A program made the position numbers and the translations under genes. A stretch of 64,000 bases of DNA, taken from the NCBI GenBank assembly GCA_038841535.1, contig JAWBTQ010000001.1, positions 128,001 to 192,000 on the forward strand. Direction: 5' to 3'. Below the pieces are notes generated by a model. That model was given only the letters and a program-made list of their open reading frames with translations, did no database searches and was not told where the DNA came from. Numbering within the stretch: position 1 is the first letter of the stretch; the number at the start of each line of letters is the position of its first letter. Shown here one piece after another: positions 62,396-64,000 of this stretch. The stretch is from Sulfolobales archaeon (GTDB taxonomy: Archaea > Thermoproteota > Thermoprotei_A > Sulfolobales > NBVN01).

Positions 62396-63791
62396 CTATT
62401 CTTCTCGTCCGTATATGTGGTCCCCCATCCCCGACTCTAACTGTCTGACCACCCTTACCACACCCCCCGAAGACGCTGGTGGTTATCTTAAGGTCATTAG
62501 CTAAGGCATCAACTTCTTTTAGAGTTTCGAGAATGTTGCCGCTGACTACAACACCTCTTACGAGTTCCACAGGCTCTCCATTCCGTATTATGTAGGAAGG
62601 ACCTATGCTAAACGTAAATGTTCCTACAGACGGATTTACTTGACCTCCCATCGCACCTCTACCCCTTAGGTATATGCCGTGGGAAACCCCTTCGAATAGC
62701 TCTTCGACTTTCCAATCTCCAGGTTCAGCATAATAGTTAGTTTGTCTAACCAAAGTATCAAAGGATACGTCTTGAGCTCTCGCATTCCCGGTTGGCTTGA
62801 GGTTTAGCTCTTGAGAAGTATCTCGACTTGTGAGATACCCCTTAAGTATACCTTTTTCTACTATGACGGTCCTCATCTTTTGCACTCCCTCGTCATCGTA
62901 GGGTACAGGGTAACCGCCTTCAACTAACCCGGCATCTACTATTGTCATGAGCTCACTAGTAACTCTCTCACCAACCCTATTCTTAAGTATTGACGCTCCA
63001 GCTACCACTCCATCACCCTCACTAGCGTGTCCGAAAGCCTCATGCAGCAGGAGCCCTACTACCTCATTATCAACTACTGCTATATACGTCCCCGGCGACG
63101 GGGTCTTAGATTGTGAAGCTTTAACTGCTAGTTTATCTATTTCTTCGGCAAAAGCGTTCCAATCTCTTTTCTCGATATGCTCGTACCCACCGATATACGA
63201 TTCTCTATCACCTACCCTCTCTATGACCGCACCATACCTAGCAACAGCCATGTGGGCAAGACCTACACCCACTACATCGACCTCGACTACGGTACCTTCG
63301 CTAGTTACTATAACCCTTCTATCTCTCTCTAACCCAAGGCGGGTCACAGCCGATACTATTCCCGCACGCTTAATGCTGTTAGTATTCACATCTTTCACTA
63401 AGTCCGCCTTTAACTTAGGCTCAACTGTGTGGGGGTCTGTCTTAAACTCTACTCTATACTTATCCTTAACGGGGGCTGTTGGAGTAAACGATTTCTTACC
63501 GTACTGGCTTGCTACTTTAGTTAAAGTTATAGCTCTATCAACAGCTTTAAGAACGCTTTCACGATTTAAGGAAGTAACGTAAGCATAACCAGTACCTCCC
63601 TTAATCACCGCTCTAACTCCTAGACCAACTACCTTGCTAACAGTATAGCTCCTTAAAATCCCGGTATCATAGATTATAGTTTCATAAACCCTCTCTTGGA
63701 GTCTAATAATAGCATGCTCGGCCCCCCTCTTTAATACTTCTTCGAGAACCCAGTGAGCAGTATCTACATCAATCACTATTTTACTCACCAA
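62379..63791 (-). CDS. tldD: TldD family metalloprotease
   Basis: LLHEAFGHASEGD, YDDEG, TGNARA, GCGKGGQ..VGDGGP. Confidence 0.93.
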   Translation of the reverse strand: MVSKIVIDVDTAHWVLEEVLKRGAEHAIIRLQERVYETIIYDTGILRSYTVSKVVGLGVRAVIKGGTGYAYVTSLNRESVLKAVDRAITLTKVASQYGKKSFTPTAPVKDKYRVEFKTDPHTVEPKLKADLVKDVNTNSIKRAGIVSAVTRLGLERDRRVIVTSEGTVVEVDVVGVGLAHMAVARYGAVIERVGDRESYIGGYEHIEKRDWNAFAEEIDKLAVKASQSKTPSPGTYIAVVDNEVVGLLLHEAFGHASEGDGVVAGASILKNRVGERVTSELMTIVDAGLVEGGYPVPYDDEGVQKMRTVIVEKGILKGYLTSRDTSQELNLKPTGNARAQDVSFDTLVRQTNYYAEPGDWKVEELFEGVSHGIYLRGRGAMGGQVNPSVGTFTFSIGPSYIIRNGEPVELVRGVVVSGNILETLKEVDALANDLKITTSVFGGCGKGGQTVRVGDGGPHIRTRRIVVGGG

Positions 63792-64000
63792 CTTAATTAC
63801 AGATACACATAAAAATAATCTACTGATAATGTACTTCTCTTATAATTCCTCGCCAGCTCCTGCATGCGATTTCGAGTTCCGTGTGATTTTGTATGAGCTG
63901 ACCCCGCTAACTTCGTTTCTCACAGTCCCGCACCATATAGCGTGCCCTCAGCCTAACCATCACCTCGAAAACTTAAGGCATCTCCGTGATTAAGGTCAAT

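Noticed and set aside
62947-63582. Long antisense ORFs (e.g. 211 aa here; also 2782-3174, 23504-23995, 59050-59523)
   Set aside because: Ser/Thr-rich mirror frames of well-supported genes on the opposite strand

Overview
A gene-dense chromosomal segment from a thermophilic crenarchaeon (Thermoproteota; Desulfurococcales/Sulfolobales-like, inferred from crenarchaeal SSB, an ESCRT-III CdvB paralog, Elf1, Rpo4, GGGP synthase and intron-containing tRNAs). It carries about 60 CDS: translation and tRNA modification (lysS, pth2, rpl21e, trmJ, taw1, Trm9-like, Trm112, THUMP), DNA metabolism (SSB, NucS, DHH, SfsA, solo Cas4, GIY-YIG), redox (KorAB, ferredoxin, rubredoxin-like, Dps-like, an AOR operon with an ABC importer) and peptide use (three subtilases, a serine hydrolase, M20 peptidase, SSS transporter, TldD/E). 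Five tRNAs are present (Leu-CAG and Phe-GAA with short introns; Val-GAC, His-GUG, Gly-CCC). I saw no CRISPR array, rRNA or intact transposase. The most notable non-housekeeping signals are: a ~254-bp promoter-bearing element beside tRNA-Leu that looks like an internally deleted tnpB element reduced to a guide-RNA (omegaRNA) cassette; three dispersed copies of a second tnpB 3'-end segment; a solo Cas4-SfsA-unknown protein operon; and a tRNA-Phe lying antisense inside a methyltransferase gene near taw1. All assignments come from motif reading and recall, not database searches.
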